Of a DNA stretch of 64,000 bases, positions 1-8,427 are shown piece after piece (position 1 is the first letter of the stretch; every line of letters begins with the position of its first letter). The notes under the pieces were generated by a model. It ran no database searches and was not told where the DNA came from. It saw nothing but the letters and a program-made list of their open reading frames with translations. A program made the position numbers and the translations under genes. Source of the stretch: Clostridia bacterium (GTDB taxonomy: Bacteria > Bacillota > Clostridia > UBA1381); NCBI GenBank assembly GCA_017415105.1, contig JAFQJD010000004.1:55127-119126 (forward strand). The letters run 5' to 3'.

Positions 1-650
1 CGGTTATAATTTACATTGCTTGGATGTGTTCGTTCAAGGCTATCGAAAAACTGCCTATCGGGTTTTACGGGCTTATGGATATGTCAAGAGTGGTAATAAC
101 CTCGGTTATGAGCATATTTATTTTCGGTGAGGCACTTACTCTTGGCAAAGCAATCGGAATGGTGCTTGTGATTGACGGGCTTGTGATGCTTAATGTTTCA
201 AAAAACGGCTTTGAGGGCGAGAGCGTGAAATTCAGATACATTGCTCTTACACTTATATCCTGCCTTGCAAATTCCTGCTCGGAGATTTTTGATAAGTGGT
301 TTATGCGTCCCGAAACAGGCGTTACTGCCGCACAGCTTCAGTTCTGGTATATGCTGTTTTTGACAGTTCTTTATTTTGCACATATTATAATTAAGCGGAT
401 AAAGATTGACTGGCGGATGCTTTATAAAAACTACTGGCTGATACTGCTTGCGGTTATGTTCGTAATCGGCGACCGTGCACTCTTTAATGCAAACCGTGAG
501 GGTGAGGTAATTGCACTTACACTTTTGAAGCAGGGTGCGGTTATAGTAACAATCCTTGGCGGAAGGTTTGTTTTTAAGGAAAAGAATACATTATTTAAAC
601 TGCTTTGTGCAGTGGTGGTTGTGTGCGGTATTGTGGTAGGTATCGTTTGA
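1..650 (+). CDS. EamA/DMT-family membrane transporter, 5' end outside window
   Basis: The frame is open from the window edge (..VIIYIAWMCSFKAIEKLP..). The protein is multi-TM and hydrophobic with an EamA-like C-terminal half. The ORF track start at 24 is probably internal. Confidence 0.55.
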   Translation, partial: VIIYIAWMCSFKAIEKLPIGFYGLMDMSRVVITSVMSIFIFGEALTLGKAIGMVLVIDGLVMLNVSKNGFEGESVKFRYIALTLISCLANSCSEIFDKWFMRPETGVTAAQLQFWYMLFLTVLYFAHIIIKRIKIDWRMLYKNYWLILLAVMFVIGDRALFNANREGEVIALTLLKQGAVIVTILGGRFVFKEKNTLFKLLCAVVVVCGIVVGIV

Positions 651-711
651 AATTAGTTGGAATTAACAAAAAAAATGCGGAACAAAGGCATCTTTAGTTG
701 AAAAAACTCAA

Positions 712-740
712 TTGACACGAAAAATTTATTGTGATATAAT
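712..740 (+). promoter_or_regulatory. sigma-A type promoter for the hom operon
   Basis: TTGACA (712-717), a 17 nt spacer, then TATAAT (735-740), about 55 nt upstream of the hom ATG. Confidence 0.6.
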
Positions 741-798
741 ATAATGTACTTATTTTATATATAAAAATGAAAATAACACTGAAGTGGGGGAAAAGATA

Positions 799-1935
799 AT
801 GGCAAAGGTCGCAATTATGGGTTACGGAACTGTTGGAAGCGGCGTATATGAGATTATAAAAGATAATGCCTGCCGTGTTGCAGAAAATGCAGGCGAAATG
901 ATGGAAACTAAATATATTCTTGATATCCGTGATTTTGATGACCATCCCGAAAAGCACTTATTCACAAAGGATGTAAATGATATAATAAATGATGATGAGG
1001 TAAGTGTTGTAGCAGAGGTTATGGGCGGACTTCATCCGGCGTATGAGTTTACAAAGTCACTGCTTTTGGCAGGTAAGAGCGTTGTAACATCAAATAAGGA
1101 GCTTGTTGCTACATACGGAACAGAGCTTCTTGCAATCGCAGAGGAAAAAAACGTCAACTACCTTTTTGAAGCGAGCGTTGGCGGCGGAATACCGGTTATA
1201 AGACCGTTAAGCCGTTGTCTTGCTGCAAATAATATAACAAGAATTGCAGGTATCTTAAACGGTACAACAAACTACATACTCTATCAGATGTTCACAAACA
1301 ATAAGTCATTTGAAACAGCACTTTCTGATGCACAGGCAAAGGGATATGCAGAGCGTAACCCTGCCGCAGACATTGAAGGTCATGACGCGTGCAGAAAGAT
1401 AGCAATTCTTTCATCGCTTGCATCAGGTGTTGAGGTTGACTGTGAAAAGATTGCAACAGAGGGTATAGTTGATATAACCCTTGATGATGTTAAATGTGCA
1501 GAAGCTGCAGGCGGTGTTATAAAGCTTATCGGCTATGCAGAGTTTGAAGACGGTAAGGTTTATTCACACGTTGCACCGATGTTTATAAAAAATGAAAATA
1601 TGTTATCAGGCATCAACGATGTGTATAACGGAATACTCATAACAGGCGACGCAGTAGGCGATGTAATGTTCTACGGTGCAGGTGCAGGCAAGCTCCCGAC
1701 AGCATCAGCAGTAGTCGCAGATATGGTTGATTCTGTAATTCATGCATCACGCCGTAAGATAATCGGCTGGAAAAAGCCGGAGGGTGATGTTTTTGCCGAT
1801 GCAGCAGCGAAGAAATTCAGATACCTTATGAGATGTGAGCTTAACAGCACAATAACAGAGCCTCTTACAATGGCAGAATGTGATGCTATGAAAGAGAAGC
1901 TTAACGCAAAGTCCGCAATAAGAGTACTCGATTGA
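799..1935 (+). CDS. hom: homoserine dehydrogenase
   Basis: Has the VAIMGYGTVGSGV NAD-binding motif, NGTTNYIL, and an ACT-like C-terminus. The ATG at 799 follows a GGGGGAAAAG RBS; the GTG at 784 is less likely. Confidence 0.9.
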   Translation: MAKVAIMGYGTVGSGVYEIIKDNACRVAENAGEMMETKYILDIRDFDDHPEKHLFTKDVNDIINDDEVSVVAEVMGGLHPAYEFTKSLLLAGKSVVTSNKELVATYGTELLAIAEEKNVNYLFEASVGGGIPVIRPLSRCLAANNITRIAGILNGTTNYILYQMFTNNKSFETALSDAQAKGYAERNPAADIEGHDACRKIAILSSLASGVEVDCEKIATEGIVDITLDDVKCAEAAGGVIKLIGYAEFEDGKVYSHVAPMFIKNENMLSGINDVYNGILITGDAVGDVMFYGAGAGKLPTASAVVADMVDSVIHASRRKIIGWKKPEGDVFADAAAKKFRYLMRCELNSTITEPLTMAECDAMKEKLNAKSAIRVLD

Positions 1936-2840
1936 TGGTCCGTGTCAGAGTCCCTGCCTCAAGTGCAAATATGGGTGCAGGATTTGATACACTCGGAATA
2001 GCACTTAACCTATACTCCGTTCTGGAGGTTTCAGAGATAGAAAGCGGACTTGAAATCATAACCCATACAAGCGGAGGAACGGCACACAGTGACGAAAAAA
2101 ATCTCGTTTACCGTGCAATGAAGCGTGTGTTTGACGAGGTGGATTACCAACCTTGCGGACTGTACATAAAGCAGGAAAGTAAAATCCCGATGACGCGTGG
2201 ACTTGGCTCATCAAGTGCGTGCATTGTAGGCGGAATGCTCGGTGCAAACGTACTATCCGGCAGAAAACTTTCGTATAATGAGATTTTAAATCTTGCAACA
2301 GATATGGAAGGGCATCCTGATAACGTAGGCCCTGCACTTTACGGCGGGCTGTGCATATCTGCAAAGGTAGGGAAAAGAACAGTTGTAAAAAGCACAAAGC
2401 TCTGCAACAATCTTAAGTTTGCTGTTATGATTCCCGACTTTTTTGTGGCAACACGCAAATCCCGCGGTGCATTGCCGGACTTTGTGGCGATGCAGGATGC
2501 TACAGCGAACATATCCTCGGCACTTATGCTTTATTACTCACTTGTTTCGGGCGATTTTTCGGAATTGCGTTACGGAGTGCGTGATATGTTGCATCAGCCG
2601 TACAGAAAACGGTATGTTGACGGGTTTGATGATATAGTTAAAAAGACATATGAGACCGGCTCGCTTGCTACGTATCTGAGTGGCTCCGGACCTACAATTA
2701 TGTCAGTTATAGATGGCGACAGTACAGACTTTTCACAAAATATGGAAAAGTTTTTCCGTGACAACTCACATAAATGGAGATGTATGATTTTAGAATGTGA
2801 CAATGTCGGCTCGGTCGTATCAGAACACAAAGTAAATTAA
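1935..2840 (+). CDS. thrB: homoserine kinase
   Basis: Has the GHMP kinase motifs PASSANMGAGFDTLG and GLGSSSA. Its ATG shares one nt with the hom TGA (TGATG). Confidence 0.9.
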   Translation: MVRVRVPASSANMGAGFDTLGIALNLYSVLEVSEIESGLEIITHTSGGTAHSDEKNLVYRAMKRVFDEVDYQPCGLYIKQESKIPMTRGLGSSSACIVGGMLGANVLSGRKLSYNEILNLATDMEGHPDNVGPALYGGLCISAKVGKRTVVKSTKLCNNLKFAVMIPDFFVATRKSRGALPDFVAMQDATANISSALMLYYSLVSGDFSELRYGVRDMLHQPYRKRYVDGFDDIVKKTYETGSLATYLSGSGPTIMSVIDGDSTDFSQNMEKFFRDNSHKWRCMILECDNVGSVVSEHKVN

Positions 2841-2872
2841 AGCAGCCCTTGCTGCAGAAAGGATATATAAAT

Positions 2873-4081
2873 ATGGCACTTATTGTCCAGAAATTCGGTG
2901 GTTCATCAGTAAGAGACGCCGAAAGAGTAATGAACGTTGCAAGACGTATAACAGACACCTACAGAGCCGGCAACAATGTAGTAGTTGTTGTATCAGCTCA
3001 GGGTGACACAACAGACGATTTAATAGAAAAGGCAAAGGAGATTAACCCCAACGCATCAAAGCGTGAGATGGATATGCTTCTTGCTACAGGAGAGCAGATT
3101 TCAATCTCACTGCTCGCAATGGCAATCGAAAAGCTTGGTTGTCCGGTAGTATCACTCACCGGCTGGCAGGCAGGAATGAAGACAGACACAAAATACAGTG
3201 CTGCCCGTATAAAGACAATCGACACAGAGCGACTTTCAATGGAGCTTGATAACCGCAGAATAGTAATCGTTGCAGGCTTCCAGGGCATCAATAAGTATGA
3301 CGATATAACAACCTTGGGCAGAGGCGGATCTGACACATCAGCAGTCGCACTTGCGGCGGCACTCCGTGCAGATTTGTGTGAGATATACACAGACGTTGAC
3401 GGTGTATATACAACAGACCCGAGAATCTGCGAGGATGCATATAAGCTTGATGAAATTTCATATGATGAAATGCTTGAGCTTGCATCACTCGGAGCAAACG
3501 TACTCCACAACAGAAGTGTGGAAATGGCAAAGAAATACAATGTAAAAATGTCGGTTCGCTCAAGTCTTAACAATAATGAGGGAACATATGTGAAGGAGGA
3601 ATCCCAGGTGGAAAAAATGGTTGTAAGAGGCGTAACAAGAGATAATGATTGCGCAAGAGTAGCTCTTTGCGGTGTAGAGGATGCACCGGGTAAGGCATTC
3701 CAGGTATTTGAAATGATTGCAAAGGCAGGTATAAGTGTTGACCTTATACTCCAGTCAATCGGTGACGGTCAGTCAAAGGACATAAGCTTCACAGTTGCAG
3801 AGGGTGACCTTGATGCTGTCATAGCACTTCTTGAGGAGAACAAGACAATCATAAAGGCACGTGAAATCAAGTCAACAAAAGATGTTTCAAAGGTTTCAAT
3901 CGTTGGTGCAGGTATGGTAAACAACACAGGCGTTGCTGCAAAGATGTTTGAGGCACTTTCTGAGGCACACATCAACATCAAGATGATAGCAACATCAGAA
4001 ATCAAGATTTCAGTGCTTGTTAAGCAGAAGGATGCTGAAGCTGCAGTTGTGGCAATTCACGACAAGTTCTTGAGCAAATAA
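2873..4081 (+). CDS. aspartate kinase
   Basis: Starts MALIVQKFGGSSV and has two C-terminal ACT domains. The ATG at 2873 follows a GAAAGGA RBS. Confidence 0.9.
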   Translation: MALIVQKFGGSSVRDAERVMNVARRITDTYRAGNNVVVVVSAQGDTTDDLIEKAKEINPNASKREMDMLLATGEQISISLLAMAIEKLGCPVVSLTGWQAGMKTDTKYSAARIKTIDTERLSMELDNRRIVIVAGFQGINKYDDITTLGRGGSDTSAVALAAALRADLCEIYTDVDGVYTTDPRICEDAYKLDEISYDEMLELASLGANVLHNRSVEMAKKYNVKMSVRSSLNNNEGTYVKEESQVEKMVVRGVTRDNDCARVALCGVEDAPGKAFQVFEMIAKAGISVDLILQSIGDGQSKDISFTVAEGDLDAVIALLEENKTIIKAREIKSTKDVSKVSIVGAGMVNNTGVAAKMFEALSEAHINIKMIATSEIKISVLVKQKDAEAAVVAIHDKFLSK

Positions 4082-4093
4082 CCAAATGAAATC

Positions 4094-4119
4094 AAGGGGG
4101 CGGAATAAACGCCCCTTTT
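4094..4119 (+). terminator. intrinsic terminator after aspartate kinase
   Basis: GGGGGCG / CGCCCC stem with a 7 nt loop, followed by TTTT. Confidence 0.7.
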
Positions 4120-4151
4120 CGTGCTTTATTACATAGAAAGGGAGATGTGCA

Positions 4152-4883
4152 ATGGAGGACATAATCTTTGGCAGAGGTCCTGTTATGGAAGCATTGAAAA
4201 ACTCGCACCCGATAGATAAAATTATAATTAAAAGCGGTGCATACGCCAATTCGCTCATACCCGTTATAAATGAGGCGAAAAAGAAAGGCATTGTTATCCA
4301 GCAGGCAGATTCGGCACGTCTTGACCGTATGGCAGGTGGTGAGAACCATCAGGGCGTGGTAGCAATGGTCAGTGCGTACAGTTATGTATCGGTGAATGAT
4401 ATATTGAAAAAAGCGGAAGAAAAGGGTGAGAGCCCGTTCGTTATAATCTGTGACAAGATAACCGATCCGCATAATCTCGGTGCAATAATAAGAACGGCAA
4501 ACTGTGTCGGTGCACACGGCGTTATAATCCCCAAACACGAGAGTGCAGGTGTAAACAGTGTTGTTATGAAAACATCTGCGGGTGCACTCGAATATACACC
4601 CGTTGCAAAGGTTACAAATCTTGCCTCGACAATAGACGAGCTTAAAGACAACGGCTTCTGGGTAACTGCCGCTGATATGGACGGCAGCAGTATGTACGAT
4701 ATTGACCTTAAAGGCAAAATTGCTCTCGTTATAGGTAGTGAAGGCAAAGGTGTGAGCCGTCTTGTGCGTGAGAAGTGCGATTTTATTGCATCTATCCCGA
4801 TGCACGGAGATATAAATTCGTTAAATGCATCAGTAGCAGCGGCAGTACTGATGTATGAGGCATTAAGACAAAGAAATCTATAA
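4152..4883 (+). CDS. rlmB: TrmH/SpoU-family 23S rRNA 2'-O-methyltransferase (RlmB-like)
   Basis: Has the SpoU_sub_bind N-terminus (GRGPVMEALK) and SPOUT motifs DKITDPHNLGAIIRTA, LVIGSEGKGVS and SLNASVAAAV. Confidence 0.85.
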   Translation: MEDIIFGRGPVMEALKNSHPIDKIIIKSGAYANSLIPVINEAKKKGIVIQQADSARLDRMAGGENHQGVVAMVSAYSYVSVNDILKKAEEKGESPFVIICDKITDPHNLGAIIRTANCVGAHGVIIPKHESAGVNSVVMKTSAGALEYTPVAKVTNLASTIDELKDNGFWVTAADMDGSSMYDIDLKGKIALVIGSEGKGVSRLVREKCDFIASIPMHGDINSLNASVAAAVLMYEALRQRNL

Positions 4884-4884
4884 A

Positions 4885-4962
4885 AAACTCACCGATGAAT
4901 ACTTGCTCCGAATGCTCGCTCTTATGGAAATGCATTCTTCGCAAGCATTCACTGGCAAGTTT
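4885..4962. repeat. long imperfect hairpin element A
   Basis: Lower stem 4885-4906/4941-4962, a 3x3 internal loop, a GAATGC/GCATTC 6 bp stem (4910-4915/4932-4937) and a 16 nt loop. It starts 2 nt after the rlmB stop. Confidence 0.7.
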
Positions 4963-4986
4963 AAAGCATAGAAAGGATAAATAAAA

Positions 4987-5256
4987 ATGAAAGCAATAGT
5001 TACTGTAGTAGGTAAGGATAAAAAAGGAATAATTGCAAGAGTAAGCAATATTCTGTTTGAAAGCAGTGTAAATATAATCGACATATCTCAGACAATTATG
5101 CAGGATATGTTCACAATGATAATGATGGTTGAATTCGACTCAAATGAAGTATCAGTCGGCGATATAGATGACAAGCTTGCAGTTGCGGCAGATGAAATGG
5201 GACTATCCATCCATGTTCAGAGGGAAGAGATATTTTCCTCAATGCACAGAATCTAA
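4987..5256 (+). CDS. ACT-domain protein, UPF0237 family
   Basis: MKAIVTVVGKDKKGIIARVS.. is the typical small ACT protein that precedes UPF0210 genes in Firmicutes. Confidence 0.8.
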   Translation: MKAIVTVVGKDKKGIIARVSNILFESSVNIIDISQTIMQDMFTMIMMVEFDSNEVSVGDIDDKLAVAADEMGLSIHVQREEIFSSMHRI

Positions 5257-5361
5257 AAAGTCTGAATAAATCACCCATATAGCACTTATACGCTCACTCG
5301 CATAGAATACTATAGCATCGCTTGCGTATAAGCACTCTCTGAACAATTTATTCAAACTTTT
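5256..5361. repeat. long imperfect hairpin element B
   Basis: 38-position stem 5256-5293/5324-5361. It has 29 Watson-Crick pairs on either strand, plus 7 C.A/A.C positions that are G.U only on the minus strand. Confidence 0.7.
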
Positions 5362-5397
5362 GTTGCACTATTTGAAAGATGAAAGGAACAAGGAAAA

Positions 5398-6765
5398 ATG
5401 ATAAACCCATTTGAAATTATTGAAACCATCAATATGATTGACAATGAGAACCTTGACATACGTACAATTACTATGGGTATCTCGTTAAAATCATGTGCAG
5501 GCCCTGACATTGATAAGGTATGTGAGAATGTCTACAACAAGATAACAACCTATGCAAAGGACCTCGTAAAAACGGGCGAGGATATTGAAAAGCAGTTCGG
5601 CATCCCGATTATCAATAAACGTATATCAGTAACTCCGGTTGCGACACTTGTTGATGCTTTAGATAATCCGACAATTGAAAAAAGTATCAAAATAGCAAAA
5701 ACTCTTGACAGAGCGGCAAAGGCTGTCGGCGTAAACTTCATCGGCGGCTACAGTGCACTTGTACATAAGGGCTTTACAAACGGTGAAAGAGTGCTTATCG
5801 AATCAATCCCCGAAGCACTTGCACAGACTGACATTGTATGCTCAAGTGTAAATATCGGCTCAACACGTGCAGGTATCAATATGGATGCCGTTAAACGTAT
5901 GGGCGAGATAGTAAAGGAAGCGGCAGAACTTACAAAGGATACGCACGGATTTGCGTGTGCAAAGCTTGTTGTGTTCTGTAACGCCGTTGAGGACAATCCG
6001 TTTATGGCAGGCGCATTTCTTGGCGAGGGCGAGGGCGAATGCGTTATAAACGTCGGTGTTTCGGGCCCGGGCGTTGTAAAGTGTGCACTTGAAAAGGTAA
6101 AGGGCAAGGACTTCGGTATAGTTGCAGAAACAGTTAAAAAGACAGCATTTAAGATAACAAGAATGGGACAGCTTGTTGCACAGGAGGCATCAAAGCGGCT
6201 TGGTGTTCCGTTCGGTATAGTTGATTTATCGCTTGCTCCGACTCCGGCAGTGGGCGACAGTGTTGCATATATCCTTGAGGAAATGGGGCTGGAAAAGTGC
6301 GGTACTCACGGCACAACAGCAGCCTTGGCACTCTTAAATGACGCAGTTAAAAAGGGTGGCGTAATGGCATCAGGCTATGTTGGCGGACTCTCAGGTGCGT
6401 TTATACCCGTAAGTGAGGATGCAGGTATGATTGCTGCGGCAGAATGTGGAGCACTCTCACTTGAAAAGCTTGAGGCAATGACCTGCGTATGTTCTGTTGG
6501 TCTTGATATGATTGCAGTACCGGGTGACACAACAGCCGCAACAATCTCTGCAATAATAGCAGACGAGGCGGCAATCGGTATGATTAACCAGAAAACGACA
6601 GCAGTACGTATAATTCCGGCACCCGGACTTAAAGAGGGTGACAGTGTGGAATTCGGCGGACTTTTAGGAACAGGTCCGGTTATGAGCATAAAACCGTATT
6701 CAAGTGAGGAGTTTATAGCACGAGGCGGAAGAATCCCGGCACCGATTAACAGTCTTAAGAACTAA
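5398..6765 (+). CDS. UPF0210 / DUF711 (PFL-like) family protein
   Basis: 455 aa, starts with ..[13 protein letters not shown].., and is paired with the upstream ACT protein. Confidence 0.8.
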   Translation: MINPFEIIETINMIDNENLDIRTITMGISLKSCAGPDIDKVCENVYNKITTYAKDLVKTGEDIEKQFGIPIINKRISVTPVATLVDALDNPTIEKSIKIAKTLDRAAKAVGVNFIGGYSALVHKGFTNGERVLIESIPEALAQTDIVCSSVNIGSTRAGINMDAVKRMGEIVKEAAELTKDTHGFACAKLVVFCNAVEDNPFMAGAFLGEGEGECVINVGVSGPGVVKCALEKVKGKDFGIVAETVKKTAFKITRMGQLVAQEASKRLGVPFGIVDLSLAPTPAVGDSVAYILEEMGLEKCGTHGTTAALALLNDAVKKGGVMASGYVGGLSGAFIPVSEDAGMIAAAECGALSLEKLEAMTCVCSVGLDMIAVPGDTTAATISAIIADEAAIGMINQKTTAVRIIPAPGLKEGDSVEFGGLLGTGPVMSIKPYSSEEFIARGGRIPAPINSLKN

Positions 6766-6772
6766 AAAACAC

Positions 6773-6801
6773 TTGCAAAACAGCATAATCTATAGTATAA
6801 T
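6773..6801 (+). promoter_or_regulatory. sigma-A type promoter
   Basis: TTGCAA, a 17 nt spacer, then TATAAT, upstream of the 6842 gene. Confidence 0.5.
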
Positions 6802-6841
6802 GAAATAAATACTACAAAAAAACACGAAAGGAGAAACAATC

Positions 6842-7597
6842 GTGTATTGCAAAAACTGTGGCAAGGAATTGCCGGATAATGCGCGTTTCTGCGATAAATG
6901 CAACGTGTCAGTCCGCAAAAAAGAAGGCAAGATGGACATGATAGAAGAGCTTAAAGAAGAACGTCTGGCACGGCAGAAGGCACATGAAATAGAAGCAAGA
7001 CTAAAAAAAATAAAGAAAGTAAAAAGAAAACGCTACAGAGCAGTAGCACTTATAATTCTTGGCGTTGTAGCCGTATGGGGTGCGATTGTAGGACTTTCGT
7101 TCTGGAACAACTACAAGGATTCAACCTTGCGTGATGCACAGCCTGAACTCAAAGAGACAGAGGCACCGGAAGCAACACCTGCTTCGACCGGTGCGGCAGA
7201 TGATGGTGATTACGCATCCATAATAGTTGACGGAGTAGAGATTACATATCCTGCAATATTCAGCGATTCAGAGGTGGAGGATGCAGATTGTGTGGCAAGC
7301 TTCTCTGATGAGGACGGCAAGGCAAGACTTATAATAGACAGCAAGGAAGCTACACAGACACCGAATGAGCTTATGGATGAGTATTACAGAAGCGTTCTTA
7401 ATGCCAAATCGGAAGAGTCCTCGGCAACCGATGCCGGATATACCATAACTCTCACTGCAGGCACAAAAATACATCACAAAAAATGTCTCATAAAAGATGG
7501 CAATGCAATTTCGTATGAGATTATTTATCCAAAAGACTCTGCAGGAGAATATGAAAAGTACATAGAGTATATGGACGAAAAATTCACAGTTTCATAA
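6842..7597 (+). CDS. zinc-ribbon membrane-anchored protein
   Basis: GTG start. N-terminal CKNCG..CDKC zinc ribbon, a basic linker, one TM (AVALIILGVVAVWGAIVGLSFW) and an extracellular domain. Confidence 0.65.
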   Translation: MYCKNCGKELPDNARFCDKCNVSVRKKEGKMDMIEELKEERLARQKAHEIEARLKKIKKVKRKRYRAVALIILGVVAVWGAIVGLSFWNNYKDSTLRDAQPELKETEAPEATPASTGAADDGDYASIIVDGVEITYPAIFSDSEVEDADCVASFSDEDGKARLIIDSKEATQTPNELMDEYYRSVLNAKSEESSATDAGYTITLTAGTKIHHKKCLIKDGNAISYEIIYPKDSAGEYEKYIEYMDEKFTVS

Positions 7598-7856
7598 TGA
7601 GTACCGATAAAAGTACCGAAACAGCAGAAACTGCGAGATACAAAAGAAAAGAACTTTTTTTGCGGACAGGGCGTTTTATGCCCTGTCCGTTTTTGAGCTT
7701 CATATTATCAAGATAGGCGTTGACTATGCGTTCCGCTTCAATAACCGCTTTGGTTTCGAGCTTCGGGTTATAGTCACGCATAACGATTATTGCCTGATGC
7801 ACGTACGGCGAGGCAAGATTTTCAAGTATTACGACCTTTTTTGTTAAATCTTTCAC
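7584..7856 (-). CDS. hypothetical small protein with a C-terminal TM
   Basis: 90 aa ORF with a soluble N-terminal half and a hydrophobic tail FLLYLAVSAVSVLLSVLIM. It lies downstream of ridA on the same strand, and its last 14 nt overlap the 6842 gene. Confidence 0.45.
   Translation of the reverse strand: MKDLTKKVVILENLASPYVHQAIIVMRDYNPKLETKAVIEAERIVNAYLDNMKLKNGQGIKRPVRKKSSFLLYLAVSAVSVLLSVLIMKL
7663..7694 (+). terminator. intrinsic terminator
   Basis: 10 bp stem CGGACAGGGC/GCCCTGTCCG followed by TTTTT. It lies inside the convergent minus-strand ORF 7584-7856. Confidence 0.7.
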
Positions 7857-7919
7857 TGCAATTCCTCATTTCAAAGTTATTATACGGGAATTATTTACAG
7901 TTCAAGGTAATTTTATACA

Positions 7920-8291
7920 TCAAAGCTCTGCTATTACTTCCGTTTCAAGTAAAACATCCTTGGGCAGACGTGCTACCTCAACACACGAACGTGCAGGATA
8001 CGGCTCTGTGAAATATTCGGCATAGATTTCGTTTATTTTGGCGAAATCGTTCATATCCTTTATAAACACACTTGTTTTTATGACATTGTCAATGCTTGTT
8101 CCTGCGGCATCAAGCAGGTTTTTGATATTCTTAAACACCTGATGTGCCTGTGCCTCAACGCCTTCGGGGATTTCTCCGGTTTCGGGGTTAATGGGAATCT
8201 GTCCTGAGCAGTAAACGGTATTGCCTGACACGATTGCCTGTGAATACGGGCCTATTGCTGCAGGTGCTTTGTCTGTTTTAATTTGTTTCAT
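7920..8291 (-). CDS. ridA: RidA/YjgF-family reactive intermediate deaminase
   Basis: [13 protein letters not shown].. and [17 protein letters not shown] are typical of the family. Confidence 0.9.
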   Translation of the reverse strand: MKQIKTDKAPAAIGPYSQAIVSGNTVYCSGQIPINPETGEIPEGVEAQAHQVFKNIKNLLDAAGTSIDNVIKTSVFIKDMNDFAKINEIYAEYFTEPYPARSCVEVARLPKDVLLETEVIAEL

Positions 8292-8367
8292 TTTAAATCA
8301 CTCTCCTTTTGCATATATTATACAGTAAAATCCCTAATAAATCAAGACTTTTTAACTGTTATAGGTA

Positions 8368-8396
8368 TTGACAAAGAGGCAAAAGTATTGTAAAAT
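8368..8396 (+). promoter_or_regulatory. sigma-A type promoter for leuA
   Basis: TTGACA (8368-8373), a 17 nt spacer, then TAAAAT (8391-8396). Confidence 0.55.
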
Positions 8397-8427
8397 TAAA
8401 GTATTATATAATAAGGTAGGTATAACT

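Noticed and set aside
651-798. Possible riboswitch or T-box leader upstream of hom-thrB-aspartate kinase, and likewise upstream of leuA (8292-8427)
   Set aside because: The predicted 5' UTRs are only about 30-55 nt, too short for an S-box, L-box or T-box. No specifier or antiterminator structure is visible.
4092-4805. 237 aa minus-strand ORF
   Set aside because: It lies antisense to rlmB, whose SPOUT motifs are unambiguous. It is Cys/His/Thr-rich nonsense and a shadow ORF.
8368-8427. N-terminal extension of leuA suggested by the ORF track (start at 8368)
   Set aside because: The TTG at 8368 is the first base of a TTGACA -35 box, and the extension would cover the promoter and the RBS. The same reasoning rejects the long versions of mraZ (19147), tex (18909), rimP (59259), pth (51154), the prsA-like gene (47048) and the ADH gene (41230).
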